Part shown: in pieces, positions 12,847 through 26,068 of the stretch
Layout: every line of letters starts with the position of its first letter
How positions within the stretch are numbered: the stretch's first letter is position 1
Origin: Octopus vulgaris
Lineage: Eukaryota
Assembly (NCBI GenBank): GCA_951406725.2
Contig: OX597827.1
Location: forward strand, 9,610,001-9,674,000
Direction of reading: 5' to 3'
Length of the DNA: 64,000 nucleotides
Notes under the pieces: generated by a model
What the model was told of the DNA's origin: nothing
The model's input: the letters and a program-made list of their open reading frames with translations, nothing else
The model's database searches: none
Translations under genes and position numbers: made by a program

Positions 12847-13939
12847 CTATATGCTTATTTAAACTGATTGTGAATAGGCATGGTTTTTATACTTAATTGC
12901 AGGTACATGAAGAGAGAACAAAGATTAACTAGTGTATATATCTTCATATATATGCCCTTCTATATATACTTAGGTGTTCACAAACACCCACAAAGTTTCA
13001 CACACAAGTACACACACATACACACAAATACACACATACACAGAGTTATAATTACATGCATGTATATACAAGTACAAATGAGTAGATATTAATGGATCAT
13101 TAGAAAGAAAACAATTTGGAAAGGCACACACACACATATATATATATATATATGTGTGTGTGTGTATGTATATATATATATATATATATTAATGTCAGTA
13201 AAAATGAAGACTAGGATAAGATTGGTAAACTGGTTGTTACTTTAGTCAGTTGAAACTCAAGTACTGCTGCCAGTTAAACTTATACAATTAAATACAAAAA
13301 CAGACTCTCAGAATGTAGAGGTTATCCGTGACGATAGAGAATGGTGTTACAAGATGAATAATTGACAAGAAAGAAGATAGAAAACTCAAAGAAGTAATTG
13401 TCAAAAATATACGTGACTTTGGAGCTGGAAATTCACAAAGTAGCATATTCAGCAGAAATTTAGTTCAATATGCGTGCCTTAACCATCATAAGGAGTTCAA
13501 CTTGAAACACAAATTCTTTGACTTTGGTCGGCACTACAGAATTTCAGTGATGTATATGTAGTCTAAGAGTCATCGTATTACAGTAGCGTGGTATGTCTAG
13601 GATGTTCAGGGTGGCTGGTGGAAGTAAAAATTATTGTTTTTACCAGAAGAATTTAATCATCTCTAGTAAAGTGGGATTAAATTGCTACATTTAAATATAT
13701 ATTAGCACGTATGCATACACTCGTTTAGATGCACTCACAGATTCTTGAAATTGTTCAATATGCTGTTGTAAGAGTTCATTTGTGTGTATGTATATATGTA
13801 TAGTGTGCCCCACAACATATGTCTCTGTCTATTTATCTATCTATCTATCTATCTCTCTATCTATCTATCTTTCTCTCTGTCTGTCTGTCTGTCTATCTAT
13901 CTACCTATCTTTCTGTCTGTCTGTCTGTCTATCTATCTC

Positions 13940-13976
<37 letters not shown>

Positions 13977-14109
13977 ATTTAATTTACTATACATCTATAT
14001 ATACTGGCATATAGATATACACAGATATATACTGTTTACATATGACTATTAGTATAAACTGTATACATATGCACGGGCATAAGTAAAAAAAAATATATGT
14101 ATATGTATT

Positions 14110-14390
14110 TATATGTGTGTTGTGTGTGCGTGGTGTGTGTGTATGTGTGTGTGTGTGTGTGAGTGTGTGTTTGTGTGTTTGTGTGTCTGTGTTTGTACCC
14201 CCAACATCGCTTGACAACTGATGCTGGTGTGTTTACATGCCTGTAACTTAGCGGTTCAGCAAAAGAGACTGATAGAATAAGTACTAGGCTTACAAAGAAT
14301 AAGTCCTGGGGTTGATTTGCTTGACTAAAGGCGGTGCTCCATCATGGCCACAGTAAAATGACTGAAAAAGGCAAAAGAGTAAAGAGAGTA
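14110..14390 (+). mobile_element. SINE family C, 3' half
   Basis: (TG)n followed by the family C body and the AAAAGAGT tail. Confidence 0.8.
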
Positions 14391-15158
14391 TTTATGCATG
14401 TATGGTAATAACCATCTCTATGGGTATATGTATATGTACATCATGTGGTCATGTGGTTGACCACACTATTAGATGTTGTTACACATTGCAGGTCACAATG
14501 TCTTTGCACCATTTTAGCTTGTGGATAGTGCCATGTATCCTGGCTAGGTGAGTAGGTCCCCTGTCCCCTTGACCAGAAGACTTACTCTGTCACAGTGTTT
14601 CCCATTTGTAGCTGGGTAGACTCTAGTAACATGAAATGAAGTATTTTGCTGAAGGTCACAACACAAAGCTCAGTTTGAGAATTGAACCAATGATCTAAGG
14701 ATTATGGGTATGATACTAACCACTACGCCATCAACCTTCAAATGTGTAAAAATATACGTGTGTGTGTGTGTGCGTGTGTATGCATATATAGGTACAGGAC
14801 ATCACCAACAGTAAACAACATGAAATACGAAAACAAATGAGTTGAATTCGCAGACGAGAGAAAAAATGGAAAACAGAACAAGTAACACAAAGAACGACCC
14901 TTCATCAGTTGTCGGCTGTCTATCTACTCCTCATTTTTGAGCAATACATATATATATATATATGTTACACACATACACATATATATATTGGTTTCAAATT
15001 TTGACAAAAGGCAAGAAATTTCAAGGGAGGGGCTAGTCGATTGCAATGACCCCAGTAATCGAACTGGTACTTAGTTTATCGACCTTAAAAGGATGAAAGA
15101 CTAAGTCCACCTCAGCAGATCAAAGATAACTTCTTGAGGCTCCAGAGAGTTACAAACT

Positions 15159-15220
<62 letters not shown>

Positions 15221-15234
15221 TGTATGTATGTATG

Positions 15235-15270
<36 letters not shown>

Positions 15271-15371
15271 TAATCAGCAGATGGTCTATTTGTAGAATTT
15301 ATTTATTACATTTTTTACATATATATATTCATTGATTGTGTCCTATGGGTTATATATATATATATATATAG

Positions 15372-15535
15372 GCGCAGGAGTGGCTGTGTGGTAAGTAGCT
15401 TGCTAACCAACCACATGGTTCCGGGTTCAGTCCCACTGCGTGGCATCTTGGGCAAGTGTCTTCTGCTATAGCCCCGGGCCAACCAATGCCTTGTGAGTGG
15501 ATTTGGTAGACGGAAACTGAAAGAAGCCTGTCGTA

Positions 15536-15580
<45 letters not shown>

Positions 15581-15783
15581 ATGTGTTTGTGTGTCTGTGT
15601 TTGTCTCCCTAGCATTGGTTAAAAAACGATGCTGGTGTGTTTACGTCCCCGTCACTTAGCGGTTTGGCAAAAGAGACCGATAGAATAAGTACTGGGCTTA
15701 CAAAAATAAGTTCCGGGGTCGATTTGCTCGACTAAAGGTGGTGCTCCAGCATGGCCGCAGTCAAATGACTGAAACAAGTAAAA
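15372..15783 (+). mobile_element. SINE family C, full length and young
   Basis: GGCGCAGGAGTGGCTGTGTGGTAA, B-box-like GGTTCAGTCCC, internal (TA)n(TG)n and 3' body. CpGs are retained. Confidence 0.9.
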
Positions 15784-16238
15784 TATACATACATACATAC
15801 ATATACATATGTGTGTAGCGTTAGTAATATGTATTTAATACAGATACTAAAGTTTAGGAGAAGAAAAGAGAAGAAAACTTCAAAAAACTTTTTAAAATAA
15901 TTTTAAATTGATTAAGCAAAGGTAAAAGTCGAATGAGTCAGGTGAATAGTTAAGACATTAAAATCGAAAACAAACACAATAGCAAAATCGATATTGGTGA
16001 AAAGAAAAGACAATAAGGGTAATAATGGCTTAATAGCTTGAAAAAAAGTAAAGGATAAAAAATGGGGGAAAAAAATACTGTTTGAAAGATTCGATAACAT
16101 TCTTAAAGAAAATAAGATAAAAAAAAATATATATATATTTTGTATATGTATATATATATATACATGTATATATATACATACATATATATATATATATATA
16201 TATTGTATATGTATATATATATATATAAATGTATATAT

Positions 16239-16336
<98 letters not shown>

Positions 16337-16449
16337 ATATATACATACATACATATGTACACATGTATATATCCATATATAGATGTACATACATACGTGC
16401 ATACATACATACATACATACATACATACATACATACATACATAAATATA

Positions 16450-16496
<47 letters not shown>

Positions 16497-17231
16497 TGAG
16501 GCATGGCCTCAACCGGATGGCTGAAACAAGTAAAAGAGTAAAAGAGTATATTGAAGGGAGGAGAAAATGGAAAGAAGAATGTTGAGGAGTGTGTAGCAGA
16601 GTAGTCTGTGTGTGTGTGTATGAGTGTGGAAAAATATGTTCATGTGTGTATGTGTGTGTGTGTGTGTATGAGTGTGGAAAAATATGTTCATGTGTGTATG
16701 TGTGTGTGTGTGTGAATCAACCTATTGAGTTGATAAGATGATAGGGAGCTGAGATTCAGATAAAGGGGTGTAGTGAATGCCAGGAGAAGATGCATTCATT
16801 AGAATGAAGGCAAGTGTTGGGAAGAGGCATTTGTGTGTAAGGAAGAAGAAGAAGAAGAAGAAGGAAGTATGGGATGTGGTCAATGACAGAATGAAGGAAG
16901 ACAACCAAAGACAGAGAAGCCTAATCGATAATTGTGATGATGAATAAGACATGACTGTTGGACAAGAGATGGCAGATGATCACAAAAAAAAAAAAAAATA
17001 ACAATAGCAACAAATCACACAAAAATTTGAGAAAAAGAAAGCCAAACAAAATGGTTAGTGTGTGTGTGTCAGTTGGTGCATGTTCTTGTCTAAGTGAGTG
17101 AATGTGAGAGAGAGAGAGAAAGTGCTAGAAAGAAAGTAACACACACACACACATACACACACACACACACACACACTCACTCACTCACATGCCCATGCAC
17201 ACACATATATATACACATATGTATACGTATA

Positions 17232-17263
<32 letters not shown>

Positions 17264-17341
17264 CATACATACATATGTACACATGTATATATCCATATAT
17301 AGATGTACATACATACATACATACATATATATATGTATATA

Positions 17342-17373
<32 letters not shown>

Positions 17374-17567
17374 GTTAAATGATAAAAAGAAAAGGAAAAG
17401 CTATGTATGTGTGTGTATATATGTGCGTGTAAGAGAGAGAAAGTGTATGTGTATGTGCATATATATATATATGCACATACACATACATATATATATATAT
17501 ATATATCTGTATCTATCTATCTATCTATCTTATATATATATATATATATATATAGATAGAGAGAGAG

Positions 17568-17942
<375 letters not shown>

Positions 17943-18646
17943 TATGGTGGTAAAGACAGTCAATAGCAGCTATATTTGCTGATGCCAATGAGCAGCATGG
18001 CAGAAAGATGAAGAGAGTCCATTGGTGGTAGTAACATGAAAGACAAACAAGAAAAGTCTCTGTCTAAGAATAAAACAAATACATGTATGTAAAAAAAAAA
18101 AAGAAAAAAAGAAATCAAAGAATAGATAAAAATCAGAAAATAGTGTTTAAAAAAAAAATAAAAGAAATTTTCACTCAATAATGAAACAAAGAACCAAAAA
18201 GAAAAAAAAACCCCTCAGAACGTAGTAATCAACTCCTCTTCTGGAAAGGTAAAGATAGAAGGAAAAAATAAGACACGAGAAAATGGAAATGAAATGATAT
18301 TATTTGATTTAGTGCAGTTGTTAGTGAGAAAGATGCGCAACCAATCATTTCGACTTAATCTCTAATAAATTTGATAGAATAATCAACACTTCACATTTAT
18401 CAGCTACCTTTAAAAAAAACCCAAAAACTATTCCAACAATTTGTCTAATATTATATATAGCTAAGTTATAATATCATATTCCATTTTGTAATACCTGTGA
18501 CTCCTTAAATTTTTTGTCATTTAAAAAAAAATATATTTATTTATTTTATATTTTATTTATATATTATTTTTCTTGATAACATCTATTATTTTTCTTGCTA
18601 ATATTATAATTATTATTCAGTTGTTTTATATTTATTACATGGTTTC

Positions 18647-18992
18647 GTGAAGGCGCATGGCTCAGTGGTTAGAGCGTCGAGCTTATGATCGTGAGGTTGT
18701 GGGCTCGAATCCCGGACCGGGCTGCGTGTTGTGTTCTTGAGCAAGGCACTTTATTTCACGTTGCTCCAGTTCACTCAGCTGTAGAAATGAGTTGTGACGT
18801 CTCAGGTGCCAAGCTGTATCGGCCCCTTTGCCTTTCCCTTGGATAGCACTGGTGACGTGGAGAGGGGAGGGACTGGTATGCATGGGTGACTGCTGGTCTT
18901 CCATAAAAACAACCTCGCCCAGACTTGTGCCTTGGAGGGTAACTTTCTTGGTGCAATCCCATGGTCTGTGTCATGACCGAAGGGGGTCTCCG
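18647..18992 (+). mobile_element. tRNA-derived SINE with a variant (type-2) head and a distinct 3' module (B4)
   Basis: TGGCTCAGTGG A-box, GGCTCGAATCCC B-box and TTGAGCAAGGCACTTTA core. TSD attacatggtttc at 18634-18646 and 18993-19005. Confidence 0.85.
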
Positions 18993-19085
18993 ATTACATG
19001 GTTTCACTACACTACAAAGCAGAGCTCAGTCTGCCTTGGGTATGTGTTGTGGCTTGTTTTAGTGTTGCTATATTAGCTGTAAGAG

Positions 19086-19467
19086 GAGGTGCAATGGCCC
19101 AGTGGTTAGGGCAGCGGACTCGCTGACATAGGATCACGGTTTCGATTCCCAGACCGGGCGTTGTGAGTGTTTATTGAGCGAAAACACCTAAAGCTCCACG
19201 AGGCTCCGGCAGGGGATGGTGGTGATCCCTGCTGTACTCTTTCACCACAACTTTCTCTCACTCTTACTTCCTGTTTCTGTTGTACCTGTATTTCAAGGAG
19301 CCAGCCTTGTCACTCTCTGTGTCACACTGAATATCCCCGAGAACTACGTTAAGGGTACACGTGTCTGTGGAGTGCTCAGCCACTTACACGTAAATTTCAC
19401 GAGCAGGCTGTTCCGTTGATCGGATCAACCGGAACCCTCGTCGTTGTAACCGATGGAGTGCTTCCAC
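19086..19467 (+). mobile_element. SINE family B1, full length
   Basis: Homologous to 2341-2723. Confidence 0.9.
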
Positions 19468-19474
19468 ATTTGCT

Positions 19475-19545
19475 TTGTTGAAATTGATTTACTTAGGATG
19501 TGTGAGGTGCCCAGCAGTGCTATTTTCTATATATTATATATTTTT
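19475..19545 (-). mobile_element. Tiny C-terminal remnant of an R4/Dong-like non-LTR element
   Basis: Minus-strand I*KIALLGTSHIL resembles the 'QK..LLGT..IL' C-terminus of restriction-like-endonuclease non-LTR ORFs. Confidence 0.4.
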
Positions 19546-20004
19546 GTAAGTCCTAACACCCAGAAATTAGCACTGTTAGGCCCATTACCACTAAGGCTAC
19601 AAGTTGGTAGAGTCATCAGCATGCCAGACAAAATGCTTACTAGTCTTTCAACTGTCTTTACGTTCCGAGTTCAAATTCTGCCAAGGTTGATTTTGCTTTA
19701 TATTCTTTCAGGGTTGATGAAATAAGTTCATCTACCCATTAAGTACTCTGGTTGATATGATCAACCAGCCCCTCCCCCTCAAAAAAATACTGGCCCTGTG
19801 CCAAAATTTGAATGTGTAATTATTATTTACCATGATTATTATTAATGTGACATGCTGCCAGGCAAAATACATAGGAACATTTCTATTGACACTTTACATT
19901 CTGAGTTCAAATACTACTGAAGTTAACTTTTATCTTTTGGAGTCATTAATAAGTACCAGTTGAGAAATTAAGTTGATGTAATCAACACAGTACTTATATA
20001 TATA

Positions 20005-20234
20005 TAAGTTAAACAATGAAAATGAGTGGTCAACACTGCATTGGTGGAATTATCTTTTTTATTTGTGAATTAAGGCTACCATTGGTTTCATGTTAAGAAA
20101 GGTAGAGAATATCTTAGTGTCTTAATTTTTTTGAAGCCACTCACATGGAGAAAGTTGTTTGCCTCTGTTTTGGAAAACAGTCTTGCTTAGTTCATAGGAG
20201 TTCTCATAAATCCAAGTGAATAAAAAAAATGAAT
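20005..20234 (-). mobile_element. Copy of the PLE 3'-terminal ~230 bp, inserted in an old SINE
   Basis: Reverse complement of 7907-8134 with about six substitutions plus short homopolymer indels. Confidence 0.9.
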
Positions 20235-20881
20235 TGCTGGCCTTGTGCCAAAATTTGAAACCATTATTATCATAGTTTACAGGTAGTGAGCTGGTAGAGT
20301 TGCTAGCATGCTAGATGAAACACTTAGAGAGGTATTTCATATGTCTCTAAGTTCTAAGTTCAAATTTCACCAAGATCGACTTTGCCTTTCATCCATTCAG
20401 GGTCAATGAAATATGTACCTGTTGAGCACTGGGGTCAATGTAATCAACTTACCTGTTTCCCCATGTTGCTGGCCTTGTGCCAGAATTTGAAACCATTGTT
20501 ATTATTTTCTTTGTTTTGTTACAGTTAATCTAACATTGTTATTTATCCTAACTGATGAAAGTTTTGTGATGAATATCATAGAATTGTTGTGTTGGCAGCC
20601 TCCAGAGGAGTGAAACATGTAAGGGAACTTTTCCAGTAATTCAGATGACACTTTCAAAACAAATCACTTTATTCCATTGTGCTACTACTGCTCCCCAAAG
20701 TGGTGAAAAATCCCATTGTCCATATCAGTGAGCAATTCCTCTCTACTGCATACATGTATATCAAAATTAAATTTGGTCATTGGGAATTAACTATCGTTAT
20801 TATGGATACTGTTAAAGCAGCAAGCTCACAGAATCATTAGCATGTTAGACAAAATGCTTAGTGGTATTTCATCGGCGAAAA

Positions 20882-21113
20882 GGCGGCGAGCTGGCAGAAA
20901 CGTTAGCACGCCGGGCAAAATGCTTTGCGGTATTTTGTCTGCCGTTATGTTCTGAGTTCAAATTCCGCCGAGGTCGACTTTGTCTTTCATCCTTTCGGGG
21001 TCGATAAATTAAAGTACCAGTTATGCACTGGGGTCGATGTAATCGACTTAATACCTATGTCTGTCCTTGTTTGTCTCCTCTGTGTTTAGCCCCTTGTGGG
21101 TAGTAAAGAAATA
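20882..21113 (+). mobile_element. Young SINE family A nested in an older family-A-like SINE
   Basis: TSD ggtatttcatc at 20863-20873 and 21114-21124. The host continues on both sides. Confidence 0.9.
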
Positions 21114-21563
21114 GGTATTTCATCTGACTTTACATTCTGAATTCAAATACCATAGGGGTCAACTTTCCCTTTCGTCCTTTTGCGGTCAATAAAATAAGTA
21201 ACAGTCGAACCCTGGAGTCGATGTAGTCAACATACCCCTTTCCCTGGACTTGCTGGCTTTATACCAAAATTTGAAACCATCATTAGGGATATTGTTCAGG
21301 CAGTGGTCTTGCAGAATCACTTGACAGACAAAATTCTTCATGGTATTTCATTTGTCTTTATGTTCAGAGTTCAAATTCTGCCATGGTCAACTTTACCATT
21401 TATTCTTTCAGGGTCAATAAAGAGGTACCAGTTGAGTGCTCGGGTTGATGTAATTGATTATCCTCTCTGCCAAAATTTCAGGCCTTGTACCTATAGCAGA
21501 AAGGATTATTAGGGACATAGTTTCAATTCCTGGTTGAAACCATTTCACTTAACTCTGCTATAA

Positions 21564-21782
21564 CCCTTTCATTACTGTATTTATTTTGAGATGCTCTGTT
21601 TTTCTTTCAATTCCCTTAAATATAACCAAGAATTTAGTAAAATAACTTTGTTATCATTCAGCTAGTGTTAGGAACATAACTTGTGACTAAGTTTGGTAGA
21701 AGATTTTAATCCAAAACTTATGAAAATTAGACATTTGTACTTAGAGCCAGAGCCGGTTTCAGCCGGGTTGGTAGCGAAAGGG
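21564..21782. mobile_element. piggyBac-type MITE family 1 with an ATAA TSD
   Basis: TIRs CCCTTTC.TTAC / GTA.CGAAAGGG. Reverse-complement homolog of 35898-36117. Confidence 0.85.
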
Positions 21783-23001
21783 ATAATTACATTTGGGAAT
21801 GCCATGAAGGCTGTCTGACTTTCCTATCTCTTCATTTTGCTCGTACAAAACAAAACTCGCTGAAATTTTTGACTATTCATTTAAACATTTTGTTTTATAA
21901 CTCAGACAAAAGGGTAAGACAGTACAAACAACCCTTTGCAAGGTCTTCAAGACTAGCTGGAGTAAAGGAGGAAGGTATTTTTAAACAAGAAACAAGACCC
22001 AAATGCATATAACAGAGTACTTTGCTAAAGGCACCTAAAAACTAGACTGAGTTAAACCTGGAGATCAATTATGTCTACCACCCAAGCAGTTCATGAACTC
22101 AAAATACATGTTCTTGAGTAAACCACTTCATTTCACTTCACTCCAGTCCACTCAGCTGACAAAAATGGGTAATCCTGTGATTGACCAGCATCCTGTCCAG
22201 GTGGGAAAGTGGGAAACCAGTCCTTATGAGTCAGCATGACTCGAGACGTTAACTTTACCTTTATTTGTACCTGTCTCTTTATCATTCTTCAACCTCTCAT
22301 CACCTGGCATAAAGCCACCGCCTCAGTTCAGGCAGTGCATAGTGAAGGTCACTTGGAGAGCTTGCAGATGCCTATGCCATGGAAAAGCATCCCTTCCCAG
22401 CCCATACCAATTTTGGAGGTTCTGCAATGGTTGTGGTGGTGGTAGTTTGTCAGCATCTTATGACCATGCTTTAACAAAACGATTTTTTCTTTTTAATGTG
22501 TTTATTAGAATATTTTCTATTGATTTTATTTTGTTGCCTCATTCTTTGTGAGTTTACATTCTAAAAAAAAAAAAAAAAATCAATAAAAACTTACTTACAG
22601 TAATTCAAAGAATCAATCACTTAATTCAAAGCTTCCTCTAAAATATTTAATAAACTTCTCACCTTTACATTAATAAACTGAATAAGATATTGTCATAGAT
22701 TCAATAAAGTGGTCAGCTGATATTTCATGCTTGGAGATACGATATTTTGATCATAGCCAAAAGGTTAAGAAGCAATTTAAGTTTGAAAGATGAGAAGAAG
22801 CAAAATAGACAGAGGCATTTTGCCAAAAGAGTGATATAAGATATCAGCAAGTACTTATTGCCAATAAAGTCAGTAAATTAGCTAGACCCTTATTAATTTT
22901 ACAGACACCGTTATAAAATATAACAGAGCCTTTACATAGTTACTCAATCTACTAGAAAGAACAGCCAAATTTCCCTTAGATCATGCTCTACTTCTTTAAA
23001 A

Positions 23002-23746
23002 TTCTTTAGCATTCAGATTGTTCTATCAAACGTAATATTTATTCACACATCGTCTTGAGTTTATTCTGCATTATCCTGTAGCCTTGAAATTTTGATTATG
23101 TGACTGTGTAATTTTTAGTCTGTGGAGGTGCGTGGCTTAGTGGTTAGGGTGTCAGCATCAAGATCATAAGATAGTGGTTTCGATTCCTGGACCAAGCGAC
23201 GCGTTGTGTTCTCAAGCAAAACACTTCATTTCACGTTGCTCCAGTCCGCGCAGCTGGCAAAAATGAGTAACGCTGCGATGGACTGGCGTCCTGTCCAGCT
23301 GGGGAACAAATACACCATTGAAACCAGGAAACCAGGCCTGTGAGCCTAACTAGGCTTTAAAAGGGCACATTTATTTATTTGTGGAGGCGCATGGCTTAGT
23401 GGTTAGAATGTCAGGACCATGATTATAAGATTGTGGTTTTGATTCCTGGACCGGGCGACACATTGTGTTCTTGAGCAAAACACTTCATTTCACGTTGCTC
23501 CAGTCCACTCAGCTTGCAAAAATGAGTAATGCTGTGATGGACTGGCGTCCCATCCAGTTGGGGAACACATACACCATAGAAACCAGGAAACTAGGCCCAT
23601 GAGCCTGGGTAGGCTTTGGAAAGGTGCATTTATTTTATTTTATTATACTTTTTAGTCTAACATTGTAGGTAGGTGTGAAATGCCTGCTTGCACTTAAAAC
23701 AGGAAGAATATTTTGGCTGGATATGACCAGTTTAAAAGCTAAAAGG
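23002..23746. mobile_element. piggyBac-type MITE family 2, interrupted by a SINE dimer
   Basis: 23002-23121 and 23649-23746 together match the reverse complement of 29181-29401. It ends AAAAGG-TTAA. Confidence 0.7.
23122..23648 (+). mobile_element. Head-to-tail dimer of a SINE (type-2 head, B2 tail)
   Basis: Two ~258 bp units starting at ~23122 and ~23381, within one TSD tttttagtct (23112-23121 and 23649-23658). Confidence 0.85.
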
Positions 23747-25767
23747 TTAAATGTTTTATAACTAAGTCAATGCTGGATGATATAGTGTAAGATACCCTGC
23801 AGCAGGTTTTACATAATCAGGTATATTTTGAGGATAATCAGTAGCAACAGGAAAAAAATTTGCAGATGTAGGTATGTGTTTAAGTTTGCTTGGTAACTCC
23901 AAGGTTTCAGGTTCAGTCCCACTGAGCAGAACCTTGGGCAAGTGTTTTCTATTGTAACTCCTTTATGATCAATGACTGCCTTGTTAATGAATTTAGTAGA
24001 TGGAAACTGTGTGGTAACCCATCAGGTGTGTGTGTGTGGCTTTTGTGCTTTTGTTTCTCTCCCGCACTCTGCACAGCTAGACATCAAGGGTTTATTTGTT
24101 TGACTAAACCTTTTTTAGGTGGTGCCCCCAGCATGATCACAGTCCAGTGACTGAAACAAGTAAAAGATAGAAGAAAGATTTACAACATTAAGAACACTAT
24201 TTAAAGTATCTTTGATTTTTAGAAACTGCTGTACCCAAGAGAAATCAAACACATATTTAGGTGTAGACTAAAATACTAAATATCGTGAACCATAAAGAAT
24301 TTTTGTCAGCTTTAATTACTTTTGTAATGAGAAAAAGTCATCAACATTAATGACAATTCTTGTCAGAGAAGAAAGGGAGAGAACTGTAAATTTGATGTTG
24401 ATAAAAAAAATTAAATGGAAAAATGTGAAATATCTTTTAATCACTGGTTGGTTATAATAACATTATCCTTAATTTTTCTCCTGATATAAAATTTTACCAT
24501 GAAAACATAAATGAAAAATAAATAAAATATTCCTTATAAAAATTTAAAAAATAAGAAAAAACATCTCATGGAAGAAATAATCAAAATATCATGCAAAGAT
24601 AGCGAAAAGTTCCTGTGTTATATTTTCTTATAATTACATAATTTATTTAAGACTTCACTTCAGTTAGATTATTCTATTAGATAATGGCTGTCTTGAGTAG
24701 AACAGTCTGATCTCAAGAGAATATTTTCCAAAAGAAAATGTTAAAAATATACCAGCCAACAAATGATTAGAAGTGCAACTGTTTTTTCTTTCTTTCTTTC
24801 TTTTTTTGTCAATTTGTTATTGAAAAACTAAATAGAATGATTGCAATGAATTTTAGTTTAAGAAAATAGGAAAGGTTAATCTATGTAAGATAAACTTTGT
24901 AAACAGAATCAGGATCAGAATTAGTAAGACTTTGGTACGCCTTTAATGGGGTGATCAACAACAGAACAAAAACTTGTTTTTTGTTTAAAAAAAACTTTAA
25001 AAATTCTTAATAAGAAAAGAATTTGGGGGAGAAAGAGAGATTATAATGAAAAAAACAGTAATGAGTTTCTCAAATGGAATTGGAAAATAAAGGGTAAAAA
25101 TTCATGATGGATGACAAAAACAAAAGAAAATGAACTTTCCTGATATTATTTAAAACAGGAAAAGAGAAAAAAAAATATGCTAAAGAAATATATGCAAGGT
25201 AATTTCAATTGAGAATGTCAATTGTATGAAGAAATGTAAGAAAAAAAAAGGATAAAGTGAAATACTGATGTCTAATAGTAGAAGAAAAAAAGATTAATTT
25301 GGAAGAAGAAAAACTAAGTTGGTAAAAACTATATGGCACGAGGTAAATAGAATAATGAAGAACTTAGATACATACTGGTACTGGTTGAAAACCTAATCAC
25401 CACGAAATGTTTATTTCGATTAGGTAGCATAGCGAAGAATTTGTTTTGATTTAGGTATAAGAAATAGTAAACATGAAGGCTGGTTCATTCATTTTATGCA
25501 ATGAAATAGAAGGTCATGAGGTATAGTTTTATTTTGTTACAAACTACTAATTAATACTAAAAAATACGAATAATAAAAAGTAATAAATTTTCCTTACATA
25601 TTTTATTATTCAAGGATATTATTCTAAATGGCTGAAACCAAAATCAAGTAAAATGCTGAAATATACTCTGAAAAATATACAAATTGTAAGCTGTTGGTAG
25701 AAAAAGTTCAACTTGATAAATCTTAATATTCTCTTCTCTTAATTCTACAATTACTATTCTTACTTAA

Positions 25768-25986
25768 CCCTTTAGTATTTAAACCGGCCATATCCGGCCA
25801 AAATAGCTAATCGATTTTATGTTTAAACTGACCAGATCCAGGCTATCACACCTACCCTACAATGTTATTCTACATTAAGTAATTACACCATCAAGATCTT
25901 GAAGATTTGAGATAATGCATGATTAATTCAAATCAATGGGAATCAATAGGCATTATGTTTGATTGAATAATCTGAACAATAAAGGG
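25768..25986. mobile_element. piggyBac-type MITE family 2
   Basis: TTAA-CCCTTTA...TAAAGGG-TTAA. Homologous to 29181-29401. Confidence 0.85.
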
Positions 25987-26068
25987 TTAAACTCTTTCAA
26001 CACTCTCTTCACTTTTCTACTTGTCATCTGACAGTAAAACCTTCATCCAGCCCTTAAAAATATATATG

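Larger units (their letters stand above)
19594..21512 (+). mobile_element. Cluster of five old family-A-like SINEs in direct orientation, plus one nested young copy
   Basis: Repeated '...aaaatgctta...ttctgagttcaaat...ggccttgtgccaaaatttgaaacc(att)n' units starting at ~19594, 19845, 20281, 20815 and 21298. Confidence 0.75.

Noticed and set aside
13358-13561. Stop-free stretch of ~67 codons in unique-looking DNA
   Set aside because: No recognisable motif, start or splice sites.
14794-14945. Minus-strand CTGATGAAGGG in a microsatellite-flanked insert
   Set aside because: No GAAA follows the stem. It is probably a repeat fragment, but not a supportable ribozyme.
20545-20630. CTGATGA ... GAAACATGTA hammerhead-like halves
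   Set aside because: No stem II closes the ~55 nt between them.
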